Of a stretch of DNA of 64,000 nt, positions 26,706-39,679 are shown piece after piece. The notes below the pieces were generated by a model. That model was not told where the DNA came from and did not search any database. It worked only from the letters and a program-made list of their open reading frames with translations. A program made the translations under genes and the position numbers. Location of the stretch: positions 51,150,001-51,214,000 of the forward strand of contig NC_045710.1 in NCBI RefSeq assembly GCF_009834535.1. Direction: 5' to 3'. Within the stretch, counting starts at the first letter, position 1. Each line of letters starts with the position of its first letter. This stretch comes from Camelus ferus. Its lineage: Eukaryota.

Positions 26706-27550
26706 CATATACAGAAGTCAGAGTAACAAGTTCTAAAAAAAAAAGCATCAGGTTTGTTATAATGAAGATAATGAAAAGCTGAACACTTCAGTGAATTATT
26801 ACACTAGGAAGAGGGGTTGGTTTCAATCCTGTGTGTGTGTTTACCACTCGATCTTTTAGAAAGCCTGGTAAAATCAGTGGCTACAGAGAACAGGTCTTAT
26901 GTTAGAACATCAAGAACAAATATGTGTCCAACTTGTTTCTGTGATGTCCCCCTTGGTCCTGGGCTTTTGAATCATCCCCCTGCTCCCTCCTCAGCTGAGC
27001 AGGCTGGGAGAAAGCAAAGCCAAGATCCTCCTAAGGGGTCGGGGTCTCCTGAGCAGTGCTGGAGCCTCGTTGATCCGTTCCTGCCAAAACTGCCTGGAAG
27101 AGTGGCCAGCAGCCCACGTGCACTGAGGTAGCCTGGCCCTGGGCAACCTGACGATGCCAGACACTCCTCCATCTGCACAGAACAGGCTCCCAGGAAGCTC
27201 TAGAACGCACCTCCTCCCTGACCAGTGTGGGTGGGGGAATGTCAATTCCACCTTCTCCTTTCCTGGGAAAATGGACTCTGGGGACATTCTGCCCGCCTCC
27301 TCTGCTGGCTCATGGTGGCAGGCTCTTATTTGCTTGGTGACACGCGTCACGTTCAGATTTGGCTGGTGTATAGCGTTCTGTCTAGGAGAAAACGCTTCCT
27401 GCCAGGGTGCCTAAAGCAGTCACAGCCTGTAGACCAGTGTAAGAATCCAGGCTCCGGAAGAGATTTGGAAGCACCCTCTTCCCCCTATTAAAATTTTTAA
27501 AGATTTACTCATTTTTAAAACTGTGTAGCAGCTTTAACAAGAAGCCCACT

Positions 27551-27698
27551 TTTATTCTTATTTATTTCTTTATTTGGGGGAGTGGAGTTAATTAGGCTTA
27601 TTTCTTTTTTTTTTTTTAACGGAGGTACTGGGGATTCAACCCACAACCCGGTTCGTGTTAAGCAGGTGTTCTACCACTGAGCTATACTCCAGCCCCCT
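27551..27698 (-). mobile_element. vic-1-like SINE inside the TGFA 3'UTR, in the sense orientation
   Basis: Head (gtatagctcagtggtagaac...gttgaatccccagtacc) plus a composite tail with three AATAAA at 27551-56, 27561-66 and 27569-74. Confidence 0.9.
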
Positions 27699-30454
27699 CT
27701 TTTTAAATTAGGGTTTTTTTCATTTGTCCTGAGAGAGACTTTAGAAACAGCTGTGTTCCCCACCGCACAGGTGTGTGGCTACCTACCAGGTCAGATCTTG
27801 AGAAGGAGTCCCTAATCACAGCAAACTTGGCTTTCTACAAAGCAAGGAAACATGGGGAACCTACAGAGATTGATTAGAAGATGGTTTTTAACCTGAAAAG
27901 TGGGCATTTTTACAACGAACCAAAGAAGTACCAATGCCATGAAATGGCACAGGAATCCAATGCTTGTTGGCCATCTGATTTCTTAAAAAGAAATCACTAA
28001 AGAAAAGGTTCTCATATCCTGGGGTGTGGACAAGGGTCCAACCAGGCCTGCCTTGACCCCAGCCTCTGCTTGCAACTCGTTTCAGACCTCCTGGTTTACA
28101 GAAGACTGTTTTGAGAGGCGCTTCTAGGGAGGCACACATTTGAGCCCATTAGCTGCAGGTCGTACAGGCACAAGGAAGGGGGCACCGGCACTGTGACTTG
28201 CTGGACTAGAACATTCACAGACACTCTGAAGTCCCTGCAGGGTTCCCTGTGCTTCCATCCTATCTTCTCACCCCTCTGCAAAGGCTCGTGTGCCTGAAGA
28301 CTAGACACTGATCCTTCCATCCATCAGGGGAAGAAAGCCCCACAAGACACTCTCAACATCAGTTCCTATTCTTTAAAGGCAACCAGACCTCAAATAGTCT
28401 CTAAAAGATGGAAGAAAGATTGTCCTAAAGTAAAAATGTGATCTCAAGTTAAAAGCGAATGTTGCTACTCCCCTTTCATTAGTCTCTGAAGAGTGAGTGC
28501 AAACTGGGGTCCACGAACCAGTGTCAATTGGATCGGTCTCTGAGCAACGTGCTATGGTGAAGCCTCAGCTCCCAGATTCACTGCGGTAGGACCGGGAATG
28601 CAAACTTAAGCCTGTGTTCTTTCATGACTGAACCCAAGAGCTGTGTCAGTTCCACCGCTGGGGGCCTGCTGCTGGTGAGCAGATCCCACCTCTGCTCTTG
28701 GTGCTTCGGCTGCAGCATCATTTAGTAAAAGTGCCAAAGGTAGGACGTGGTCATGTAATTGTCCCAGTTGTGAGAAATACAGAGAAAATTCATTGAAACT
28801 GACAGCCTGGGAAGGAAGAATCAGGGGAGGACAAAATTACCTGATAGAAATTTCAAGCCAACTTGACATATTTTAAAGGTCCTTTTCATGATGTGAAGAG
28901 CTAGGTGCACTGAAGGGTTAACAGGTAGACCTCTTCCATTTTTCAAATATCAGTGAATAAAGAGTTCCCTCACGTAAGGTGTTTGCGTATTATTTCATTG
29001 TTATCCTGTTTCCAAATTTTAATGATAATTTCTAGGGATGAGCTCCCGCCATGTGGTGGGAGGGGATCGAAGCTTCCTACAGGCAAGCCCACTGGGTCTG
29101 AAGGTTCCCAGATGCCCAGGAGAACAATTTCTCCATCTCTCAGGGAAAAGTGAGACTCACACAGTGGTGGTGGCTCCTTAGTGTTTTTTGTTAATAAAAC
29201 CAGCATCCTGAATGGAAAAGAAAAAAAAATCATTGGACTATTTCTCCTATACTTGAAAATAAATAGGAAAGTTAAATTTCTCCTTTTAGAAATAAAGCAA
29301 CAAATCAACTAAGCAACAACATGGAAAAATAAGTGACTGGTCCCTCTTCCATGGACGCAGCCCCAAATGCCCGTGGCTCTCTGCTGAGACTCTATTTCTA
29401 AACAGGCTCTCGGAGGGCTCACGAGAAAGTTAATACATTGAAGACCAGAGCAGTGGAGTGAGTATTGTGTTTACCCCATGTGGATGCCCACAGAGGCCCT
29501 CTGTCTCTTCCTTGACAAGGTGACAGATCTCCACTGCTAGATCTGCTAACTTTTCAACGGGAATGTACCCTGGAGCATCCATCTGCTTTGTGCATTAAAT
29601 GGCATGACCTCTGAACCCCGATCTAGCAACTCTCATTAGCAACTCATCCTCTGCTCCCATCTCTACCCATCCTGGGTGGCTTTTCCCAAGCTTTAGCTGT
29701 CCCAAAGAGACCAGACATTTCTAATCAGTATAGCTTTCCAGCCATCAATACATACATCAGTAATGTAGAAGTCTGAACGGGTTTTATGCTTTTTACATTG
29801 ACTTAAGAGATTAAAAATAAAACTATCATCTGTCTCATAAATAAGAAATTATCTCCAAGGGTGGCGAAGGGTTGGGACGATCTTCAACATCACAAGTCCG
29901 TGGAAGACACCGGGCTGGTTGAGGGTTTCGTGGACAGAGGACAGACACGGCTCCTCCTTGCCGATGACTTCACGTAGCAAAAGGCGATTTTGTTTTCTCC
30001 ACCTTCTTCCCCCATAAGCGGATAAGAAACAACTGCAACGATACGATAGGAATCTCCGGTGTGGGGCAGGATGGAGACTGCTGTGAAAAGAAACACAGCC
30101 TGGCAACTGTGACGGGCAGAACACACCCACACATGCCTCGATGCGGATGCCCACGCACACGCTAACTAGGTAAACGGCGGCTCCACCCCTCTGCCGTTCA
30201 TTTTTGACCAGTCTTTAAACTGTGGTCCGCTGATTTCTTCTCCAGGTCACACCGAATAACGCCAAGCAGACAGAGTTCTGGACAGAGTTTTGAAGGAAGG
30301 CCCACGGAAGACGAAAAGCCCACAGAGTCGATCGCGGGCAGAGAGGACAGGCCTGCTGGCACGTCCCAGACAGCCCTGGCCGGGCCGTCCTCAGGAAGTT
30401 CTTTCTTCATCGGGCTGCCACAGTCCACCTGGCAGGACTCCTCCTCTGCACTCT

Positions 30455-30462
30455 TCAGACCA
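30455..30462 (-). CDS. TGFA: TGFA exon 6 coding part (V-V-stop)
   Basis: gtttttccttccttccag|TG GTC TGA. The phase-1 G from exon 5 completes GTG, giving the C-terminal TVV PDZ-binding motif. Confidence 0.97.
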
Positions 30463-32279
30463 CTGGAAGGAAGGAAAAACAGGTTAAGCTCCGCGGGCCA
30501 GACCCCAGCCAGGCTGGGAGAACAGGCCCGGGACTGAAACTTGGGGAGGCATCAGCCAAAGTCCCCAAGTCACCAGGTTCCCCTGGGCAGTCAAGTCCAC
30601 ATCCTGCCGGTTCAGCTGCAGGGGCAGCAGCTCCTGAAACTGCGCTGTCAGTGACTCAGCCCAGTCTGCGGCCAGTTCCCTCATCAGGGGTAGCTTAGTG
30701 GGCAGAGCTCGTGAGCTGGTCCAGGGCTCTGGCAGCAGACTGGCTTCCTGAGGCCATACAAGAACAGATCCCCCTTCTTTCTCAATAGGTGGGCCCTGAG
30801 GGTGTCCTCTGTGCAGGTCACGGCAAGGCAGTGTGCACCCAGTCCCTTAGCAGCTCCTGAGTCCAGCCCAGCCTGGACATCTTGCTGCTCTGCTCCCTTC
30901 CGTGGTTCCTCTGGAGGTGGGAAGGTACCCATCATCTGAAGGAGAGGGGCTTCAGCCTTGGTGGCTATCTATCTGGAAGGTCAGACCCATCCCCAGGTTC
31001 AAAGCTAACATTCTCTCAAATGTAGGGAGAGAAGTAACATTAACAAGGAATTTACTCTGCGCTAAATGACTCTGCTGAGGTGCAGACCAATGGTACAAGA
31101 TCTACTATAAATTTTCTCCAAAAGGCATATGCAATTTTTCTATTGGTGCTAAAATACAAAGTAAAAATATTTTCCTTCATTAGCTCAAGGGATGGTTCCT
31201 CGAGGTAGTGGAGGAGATGTGAGGGGGGCTTCAGAGGCCCTGGCGCTCATCGGCTCCCCCAGGGACTCATGGTGGAACCCAAGCAGGCCTTTGGCAGAGT
31301 CAGTTTACCCATACTACTATGAGGATTAATGAATTAGCATTTTCCTAAATTAAAAGAGCCGCTCACACATAATGGCAATGGTTCTTGAGATGAAGACAAA
31401 GTAAACGGCGCTCCTAGGCCTTCGGTTCCCCCCAGGTCACATTCCCAGGAGCCCTAATGAACGCGGCAGTGGTCCAGCTTTCCAGCTGCTTTTCTTCCGG
31501 CCCTCTCCATGCAACTCTAAATTTCTGGAATGCAGACTGTTTACCAGAGTGGGACACCCCCAGGTGGACGAGCCTGGGGTGACCGTCTCCTGACCCACCA
31601 CTTTCTAAGAAGGAACTCTAAGTTTATGACGGGCTCTGTTGGTCACACCAGCATTCCAGAAACACTTGATGATGCGCGACTTCACAGAGCTTGTAGGGGT
31701 AAATTTGCTAATTGATTCCAGGAGCCCCAGGCCAGTGATGCCCAGATGAGGGCTCCTGAGACGTGGGTTTGGCCTCATGTCCAGACATCCAATCTTTTTC
31801 AGGGATATTGGTAAACTAAATGAAGATCATAGGATTCTAAGAGTTCAGAGTCCTTTGAGACCTTCTATGTAGGCTAAATCCCTCATTTCACTGATGGGAA
31901 AGGGGAGATGATTTCTCAAGGAAGGAGAATGGACATCTGCTGCATGTCTACAGTCTGCGGTACACTCTACTAGGTACTTTATATCAGTACTTACTCAGTT
32001 TGCACATCTTTTTAAAGAGAAAACTGAGGCTCAGAGATGTTAAGTTACTTGCTAAAGGTCACACAGTCACCAGTAAGGATAAAACAGCTCTCTTCTGAGT
32101 AAAATACACACTAGAATAAGCTAAACGTGACTTGGTAGGATAAATGTCCTCTTCTTTTCCTCCCTTCATTCTGTTTCATCCTCCAAGAACTTCTGTCCTG
32201 ACCTGGAGAAGGTGGTCCTTTTCTCTACCCAATAGTGTCTCCCAGGGGAAAAAGGCCCTGCCTCGATACGGCCCCTTAC

Positions 32280-32389
32280 CTGTTTCTGAGTGGCAGCAAG
32301 CAGTCCTTCCCTTCAGGAGGGCACTGGGCTTCTCGTGCCGGCAGATGAGGGCCCGGCACCACTCACAGTGTTTTCGGACTTGGCAGCAG
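32280..32389 (-). CDS. TGFA: TGFA exon 5 (cytoplasmic tail)
   Basis: 110 nt with tttgcag|C...ACAG|gtaagg boundaries. Translates (H)CCQVRKHCEWCRALICRHEKPSALLKGRTACCHSET. It is embedded in ORF 32176..32730(-). Confidence 0.99.
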
Positions 32390-35192
32390 CTGCAAAGATG
32401 CAGAGAACACGGTCTGTGCGGGAGCCTGGCAGGGGAGCCCAGCTGGTGCAGCGGCCACCCGAGGGGCCTGCTGGGCAGCGCTGGGCTCTGACACTGCCTT
32501 CCCATGGGGCCTCCAGAGGGACAGACACAGCAGGGGGCTGGGGGCTTTGCAGGGCAGTGGCCTTTGGGACAGAAGCTGGTCACCCAAGAGAGGACCTGTT
32601 GTTGGCCACCGCAAAGGACCAGCTCCACTTGGCGGCTCTGCACTGGGTTCCCAGCTGTCAGAGAGGACCAGTCATCCACCGGCTGCTTGCACCATAAAGC
32701 AACAGTGGGGTAACTCCAGAAACATAGCAATAGCCCCAGAACTGCTGTCAGGACTGGGCCAAAGCAGCCGCTTCAGGCTGGCAGGGCCGTGAGGGCTTGG
32801 GATGGAGTGGGGTCATCCATCAGGAATTGCCAGCAGCAAAGCAGGGACTGCGCGGGGCAGAGGGTGCTGGATGGACCCATGGATGGAATGAGAGAGTGAG
32901 TCACACATGTCCGTGGCTCCGAATCTTTTTTCTGAGGACTAACATTCTCTACCTGTGGCCAACTCATCCTCTCAGTGAACCTGCTACCCGGAGTCCTGAA
33001 GCATTAGGGCCATGAGGGCTCCAGCCTCTTTCTGTGGGCAGCAATGAACAGCCTGCAGAGTTAGCACGAAAAGAGAACCAGAGAACCCAAGAGAAGGGCA
33101 GAGAAGAAAGCCCTGAATAAGACATTAATTCGCTAGAGTGCTGTTGGCTATTTCCCTTGGGACACCATGGAGGACTCTGTTTCCACTCATTCTAACCCTA
33201 ACGTATACAGAACCTATACACCCACTGACTGGGGCTGGGAGGGGTCTCCTGGCTGCCACGAGCCCAGAAACAGATGAGGAAACAATCTGGTGGCTGTGCT
33301 TCCCTCTTGGTGCCTGGTGTCATCTCACAATCCCTACCCCAGCCCCTCTCTCTCGGCACTGCCCTGGGAAGGTGACTGCAGCCACCGAATCTTTGGGCAG
33401 CAGAGCTGAGAAGGAACCCTGCGACATTTCTGCCCAAACTGCTTCTGCCATGGGTGGCCAGAGCAGTCTGCCCCAGCATGGGTCCCTCTTGAGTTGCAGA
33501 ATCCAGGTTGGGACCAGCTCACCCCATGTGAGAGGCCTTGATTCTAGATCTATCAATGATGGCTGCCTTGCAGTCAACTAGCCAGGTGGGCTCGCCCCAG
33601 GAGCTTCCCAAGCAGGTGTGTCCCAGGGCAGTGGGATCCTGGCCTCTAGACCCCTCGGGCATGGGATGGGCTGGTCCCAAGCAACTCTGCCATTCAGGAG
33701 GGATCCAGTGCCTGGGCAACCAGCGCCAGGCAGGTTGAGGACTTAGTCTCTGCATCAGGGATTCTGAACTTGATTTCTGGCAAGGGTAGGCTTGGAAAGG
33801 ACACAGGAGAGGTGGGATGGTTGCCTCCCTGGGAAGGAAGAGGCTGCCCAGGTATCCTGGGTTAGTCTTGTCTTCAGAGAATATGGCAAAATTAACTTTC
33901 CTGTCCCTTTGGGGAGGCCCACGTGGGCACTTAGGATTCTTCCTGAGGCGCTGGGACACAGAAACGGGACTATGGGAGTGACAGGTGGGGACACTAAGCC
34001 AGCCAGCCATAAGAGTCAAAGCCGGCGGTCCCTTGGCTGCTCCTGCTGCCCCAATGGGGGTGGGGGAGGGTCTCCATGAGTGGCAGAACCTGAGCTGTGC
34101 CCCAGCCTGAAAACAGGTCCACCACCTGCACACATCTTTTCTAAGACACACGGGAGTAAAACGGGGGAAGGCGAGGCCAGCCCTCACCCCTTAATGCTGC
34201 CTCGATTCAGGAGGAGGACATGAGCAGGTTGTAGCTAGTGTCACCAAGCTGGGGCTCCCAGGGGCACTCCGTTCATTATCAGAACCAGGAGCGTGGGCTT
34301 GAGATACTTCAATGGCAACAAACCAATAAAAAAACAGGACAGAGACTCTTATTTATCTAAAGCCCTGGGCACTCTCAGAGGGCTCAAGTCTGGCTTCATG
34401 CAGTAACACATGGTTGTTCCTTCCAGCCCTGGCCAGAAAGGGCCCGTCCATTTACTGTCTCCACCTTGAGTTACTCTGCACCGATCTAACTGCAGCCTTT
34501 GGCTGTTCTGCCAATCCCTTGTGTGTGTCCAATTAGGTAACATCTTCTGAGGGTTGCTCTGTGACTTAGATGTCTCCAGATATTTCCAGGAAATAAATCT
34601 GGCCAGATGCTGGAAATACAACCCTAGGGTCTCTCCTGTTGCAGAGCAGTCCAGTCGGGAGATATGGGCGAGCAAACGGGGCTAAGAAACACCTGGAAAG
34701 GGGCTCAGTTGGTCTAGGGCTCAGGAAGGCTTCCTGGAAGATGCCAGACAGTGAGTTTTGGAGGAGGAGGAGGGGAGGGCAGAGAAGTAGAGAGAGGGGG
34801 AGGCCTGTGGTAACAGCCACCGTGGCTTTAGGGTTTGCAAAGTGCCTTCTGCAGAGAGGAAGCGCTGTGGCTACTGCCCACAGGAGGCTGGGAGCCGTTT
34901 CTAGTTCCCTCTGGAAAGTCTGCGTATCCCCATCACAATGGTGAAGCCTCCAAGCCCACAGCACGGAGAGAGCAACTTTGGCCCTGCACTGGCATCCAGC
35001 AAGGCACAGATCCTCTGTTAGGGACCTCCCAGCATGCGTGCCCTTTACATAGCTTGGCTGTCACCAAAGCTCCTCTTTGCTTTGCTAACACGAATCAGAC
35101 ATCAGCGCGGCCCTGTTATCTGGGCACGCTGCAGATAGCCCTGGTGGGGCAGGCAGATGGGGGACTCAGCCTCAGAGGCAGCAAAGACTCAC

Positions 35193-35342
35193 TGTATCAG
35201 CACACAAGTGATGATGAGGACAGCCAGGGCCACGATGGAGACCACCACCAAGGCGGTAATGGCCTGCTTCTTCTGGCTGGCAGCCACCACGGCCAGGAGG
35301 TCTGCGTGTTCACAGCGCGCACCGACGTACCCAGAATGGCAG
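35193..35342 (-). CDS. TGFA: TGFA exon 4 (end of EGF domain, juxtamembrane cleavage site, transmembrane helix)
   Basis: 150 nt with ccag|C...CA|gtgagt boundaries. Translates (V)CHSGYVGARCEHADLLAVVAASQKKQAITALVVVSIVALAVLIITCVLI(H). The ORF track shows this region only in other frames. Confidence 0.99.
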
Positions 35343-38300
35343 CTGGGGAAGACAGGGATGTCAGCACACTCTCGGGCAGAAGCCTCATTCTCTCCACCCC
35401 TCTAAGAAGTCGGGGCCGGAGCGACCCAAGTCCTAGGAAAAGCCCAAAGGGCACCCTCCAGCTTTTGCTATTGGAGGCAAAGGCATCAGCAAAATTGCTC
35501 CTACTACCCTGCACAGGCACCTCTTGCTTGGAGAAGAAGGGGTAACTCATCAGCTTATCATCTGAGGAGGAAAAGTGCTGCTGGAGCACTTCATTATTAT
35601 TGTTACCATGCCAGATCCTGGGGGAGTGAGGAAGGCAGCAAATGTGTTTATGACATGAAGTTCATTTTGGCAGTTCATAAAAATCTAGGTTATTTTTAAA
35701 CTAAATGTGTGTATTCAGAATTTCTAGTGATGAGAGAAAGAAAACATGCTAAGCCAGCCGGAGACATAGACTGTGGTTTGCTTTTTCTTCATCTTCCTCA
35801 AGTTTAATTAGTTCTACAAGCATTTACCAGGTGGTCCAGTGCAAGGGGCATGTGGCAGAGGAGCGGCCAGCACCACCATCTGGCAATTGTAAGACTTGAA
35901 AAGCCACCAATCTCTTTTGAACCCTGGTCCTCATTTCCAACAACACCCGGCCTCCCTCCACTAGAAGATTAGTAAGGACACAAAACAATTCACGTTTATG
36001 AACATGCATGTAACCTGTAAAGGGCAACACTGACACACGGTGATGGTATGACTGGTATTGGTACTATTCAGAGGCTCTTTGGCGTCAATCATTTCAGTAA
36101 CAGCCTCCTCTGTACTGAAGGCTGATGGTGCTTCTTCCACGTAGCTCTCACCTATGCTAAACTCCCCCTACCTAGATTCTGGGGTGGGGGCCACAAGTGG
36201 TTCCTGCACGGTGATTCCTCAGGGCATGTTCTAGTCGTAAGGAAGTGACGGTCATTTTCTGATGCAGGTACTTTTTTCCCCCTCCAAGCATATGATTCTT
36301 CTCAATAGAAGAGACTTAGTTTATAATCAGGTCCCTTTGTCTGGGGTGACTTTCTTTTTGTAATGAAAATGTTTGATCTCTGCTGCCTTCTCAGGTTGAG
36401 TGACTTCCTTCCCACAGGGGACTTCCCTGAGGAGCAGTCTGGCACCAAACATCACACACTGTATTTAAACTTTTGTTTTCCTTCCCAGATTTGACAATGA
36501 TAGTTAAACCTTTTTTTTTTTTGTTTTGTAGAGTCTACCTTTTGAGGAAGTAGCCAGCCTGTCACCTTCACTTTCAGACTAAAAGGGCTTTGAAGAACAA
36601 GGAAAATGAAGGAGGATTAAAGGTCCTGGTGTGTCTGCTACCGTGCAGGGCTAGCCCCAGGGGTGCTGATTTGTGATTCCCTTGAACTTGTGCTCCTGGG
36701 TTGCCAGATTCCAGACACTAGACCCCAGATGCCAGAAGTCACAGGATAAACACCATGTATTCTCCTGGAGCATATGTTTTGCTCAATGTTAAAAATTTAA
36801 TCATTTTAATGTTAAAGGAACAGGTAGTGTATGGGTTTAAGATTATGGTAAATAGGAGATGCTGCAAAAATTGCTGCTTAAGGCTACAGCCTGGGATACC
36901 AGCATACGAGCTTCTGTCTTTAATGCCTCTTAATGAAAAAGTCTTTCACTGGTGCTCTTTTCCCCAAAGCCCAGTTGTTATGAACCTTATTTAAAGGGTT
37001 TTTGTTTTTGTTTTTGTTTGAATTCAAGCACTTGCTTATCTGTTAAAGGTTAGTTTACCTTTAGTACACATTTTCTCATTTAATCTTTGCACAGAAAAGT
37101 CAAGTCACTTGCCTGTGCCCGCCCTGCCAGGGAAGAGAGAGAAATTCATTCCCAGGTCTGCTGACCCGAGTCTGGGTTCTCTCTCACTCACCAGGGCTGC
37201 TGCCCCTGCTTACTAACTGGGGACTGAGATGAGAATGCCGCAGATTAAGCTCTTGATCAAATCTGGCCTTTTGGTTTAGCCTCCAATCTTGAAAGGGTAA
37301 AAGAGATTTGAGGTTTTAGGTTCAATGAGGGTGCAAAGGGTTTGCAGTCTTAAGTAAGGATGCTGGGGAAGACCAACTGGGAGGTTAAATGCCATCTAAG
37401 TTTCTCTGTAGACGGGAAGAGGAGAGAGCAGCCTCCGGGGAGGAGGAACAGAGTGGAAGACTGGGGAGCTCTGGAAAGAAGACTTTGCTTGAAAAAGGAT
37501 CTGGATCACAGAATGTGAATAAGAACACAGACCCTCAGACTTGGGCTGGGAGGGAGACAACCGAGTGCTGTGGGATAGAAGCAGGTTTGTTTTTTGTTTT
37601 TTGTTTTTGTTTGGTTTTAATAACAAAATTATGTGAAGATGAAAGTCAGGAAACAGCTCACCCTGTAGGTTGGGGAGAAAACAAAGACACTGGCCCCTTC
37701 CCACCAAGGGGAAGCTGATGGTGGACTGAACTTGAGACTTAGAGGCGATAAGCAACAGGCACAGGTGATGTGTACATTGAAGCTTTCTGTGTCTAAAGAG
37801 AACCCTGCTAAGGGTCCCTCCTCCAGCCCATCTCGAGTTTTCACCCTGCACCCAGATGGCTCCTGGGTTGTGGGCTTCCACCATTTGGTATCCAACACCT
37901 CTCTCTGCAGGACCCTAACCCACCCCCCCCCCACTTTATCTCCCGTCACCTAGGTTCCAGCAACCCAAGAAGCCCTCCCACCTTGTAATGTCAAATAAAC
38001 TAGTGCTCAGACACGGCTGCCTAATGAGTGAATGACTACCCACCCCGCCCTTGCCCATCTCAGCTCCTGCTACCTTCTCTGCCTGGAATAGGATTCCTCA
38101 CTTTCTTCCTCAGACTCCATCTCAAAGACCACGTTCTCCAAGATGTAATTAACAGACTCACTCATTCATTCTCCCAGGTACCTCTCCATCCATTTTCCAT
38201 GGATGTCTTTAACCTTGGAAGGCCCTCAGGACTACACCCACCTCTCTGACTGCCCCTCCCTCCAGCCTCACCTTAGGCCAGCTCCATGCTCCTGTAGACA

Positions 38301-38835
38301 AGACCTAGCTCTACAAAAACTCTGGCGAACCACTGAATAGAAGCGGGGTGGGGAGCCTGGGCTTTGGGGTGGACTGTTCCATGTCTAACCAGGAGCTGCA
38401 GCCAAGCCAATGAGACTTCTCTATAGCTGGGTGTCAGTGCCGTTTCCTCATGGGGAAGGGGAGTGTGATGAGAATTTGCATAGAGACTCAGGAAAGGTCC
38501 AGGCTATGGAAGGGGCACTCCAGGAGGCAATTTCACGCAGCCTGCAATGTTCCTGCTCTCACCCAAAGGCCCTGGGAGAGGAGGATTCTAACATCTCCCT
38601 AATGGCTTGGTTCTGAAACCCTATGACTTAACAAATCAACGCTGAGGACTCTAAGAAACCCCATTTAAATAAAATAGTGGGAGCCTCGTGCTAATTACAA
38701 CATCATCTTATTAAAGGCTATGCTAACCTCCTACCAGAATGATCTCTGTTAATCCCAACAGTAACAGCCGCATGTGAGGTCCGGCTGCTACTTACCTTGT
38801 TTTACAGCTTGTGGCTTAAGCATCTCTGCGTTTTC

Positions 38836-39023
38836 TTTTCTTTTTTTTAAATATGTAACTTAATTTTTTTTTTTAATTTAAAAAATGTATTTGTTTATTT
38901 TTTTGTTGGGGGGAGGTAATTAGGTTTATTTTTTTATTTTTTTAATGGAGGTGCTGGGGATTGAACCCAGGACCTCGTGCATGCTAAGCATGCGCTCTAC
39001 CAGAGTTGTACCTTCCTCTTCCC
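38836..39023 (-). mobile_element. vic-1-like SINE in intron 3
   Basis: Head plus the cctaattacctcccc tail core. Approximate TSD ctctgcgtttt / ctctccgtttt. Confidence 0.85.
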
Positions 39024-39679
39024 CTCTCCGTTTTAACAAGAAGACTTAAATTACCAGTGATATGCCTGTCTCCTCTGCCGATAGCTTTAGGGCTTTCCAG
39101 TCCTGTCTGTTGCTCAGTTTTTCCTCTAAGTCCCTTTTGTGCCTGGTTCACGGTGTCTTTTAAAATTTTGAAGAAATATGATAATGCATGTAGAGCTGTG
39201 CTCCTATAAGCGTTTTTTTTTCCTTAAGGAAAAATTTCCCCAATCAGAAAAAGAATATTTCTGAGAAAATTGGAAAGTACATAAATTATAATAAAACCGA
39301 AAGAAAATGAAAGAAGGAAAGGAAGCCCACATTGCTGCAAATCCCACCCCCTCAAGCGGTGGTCTGAATGACAAGGACTTCTGCTGGACTACTTCTGTGT
39401 ATTTTTTTAACATAGTTCAGATTTTAAAAAATATAATTTTGTATCAACTTCTCACTTAATATTTCTTTACCATTTAACTCCGTCATTAGAAAAACTGTGG
39501 AAGTCATTTAAAATAGTTGCGCAGTAATTCATGTACACGGTGTGCTTCACTGAACCCTTACCACGTAGACTATCTCCAATTTTGCTATCATAAATAACAC
39601 CAGGGGATTATCTTTGTGTACAGATTTTGTTTGCGTTTGGGATTACTTCCTCAGGATAGGATCCCATAAGTGGGCACAA

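Larger units (their letters stand above)
26470..30454 (-). other. TGFA: TGFA 3'UTR (about 4 kb; the 3' end is approximate)
   Basis: Continuous, nearly repeat-free sequence after the stop codon, ending in an AU-rich block (26470-26800). The length fits the known roughly 4.5 kb TGFA mRNA. The end is inferred from AATGAA at 26485-26490 and my recollection of the human mRNA terminus. Confidence 0.75.

Noticed and set aside
31940-31965. cgcagactgtag in intron 5 resembling codons for GCRLY
   Set aside because: There is no acceptor AG in the right position. The site at 27427 fits better in both splice context and location.
33519-35589. Long ORFs 33519..34187(-), 34835..35545(+) and 35197..35589(-)
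   Set aside because: These are GC-rich intron-4 sequence or off-frame/antisense readings of TGFA exon 4, with no independent protein features.
36417-36426. NF-kB-like GGGGACTTCC, plus scattered AP-1 sites (30652, 32897, 40155, 60264)
   Set aside because: Single short motifs occur by chance at this window size and there is no conservation data.
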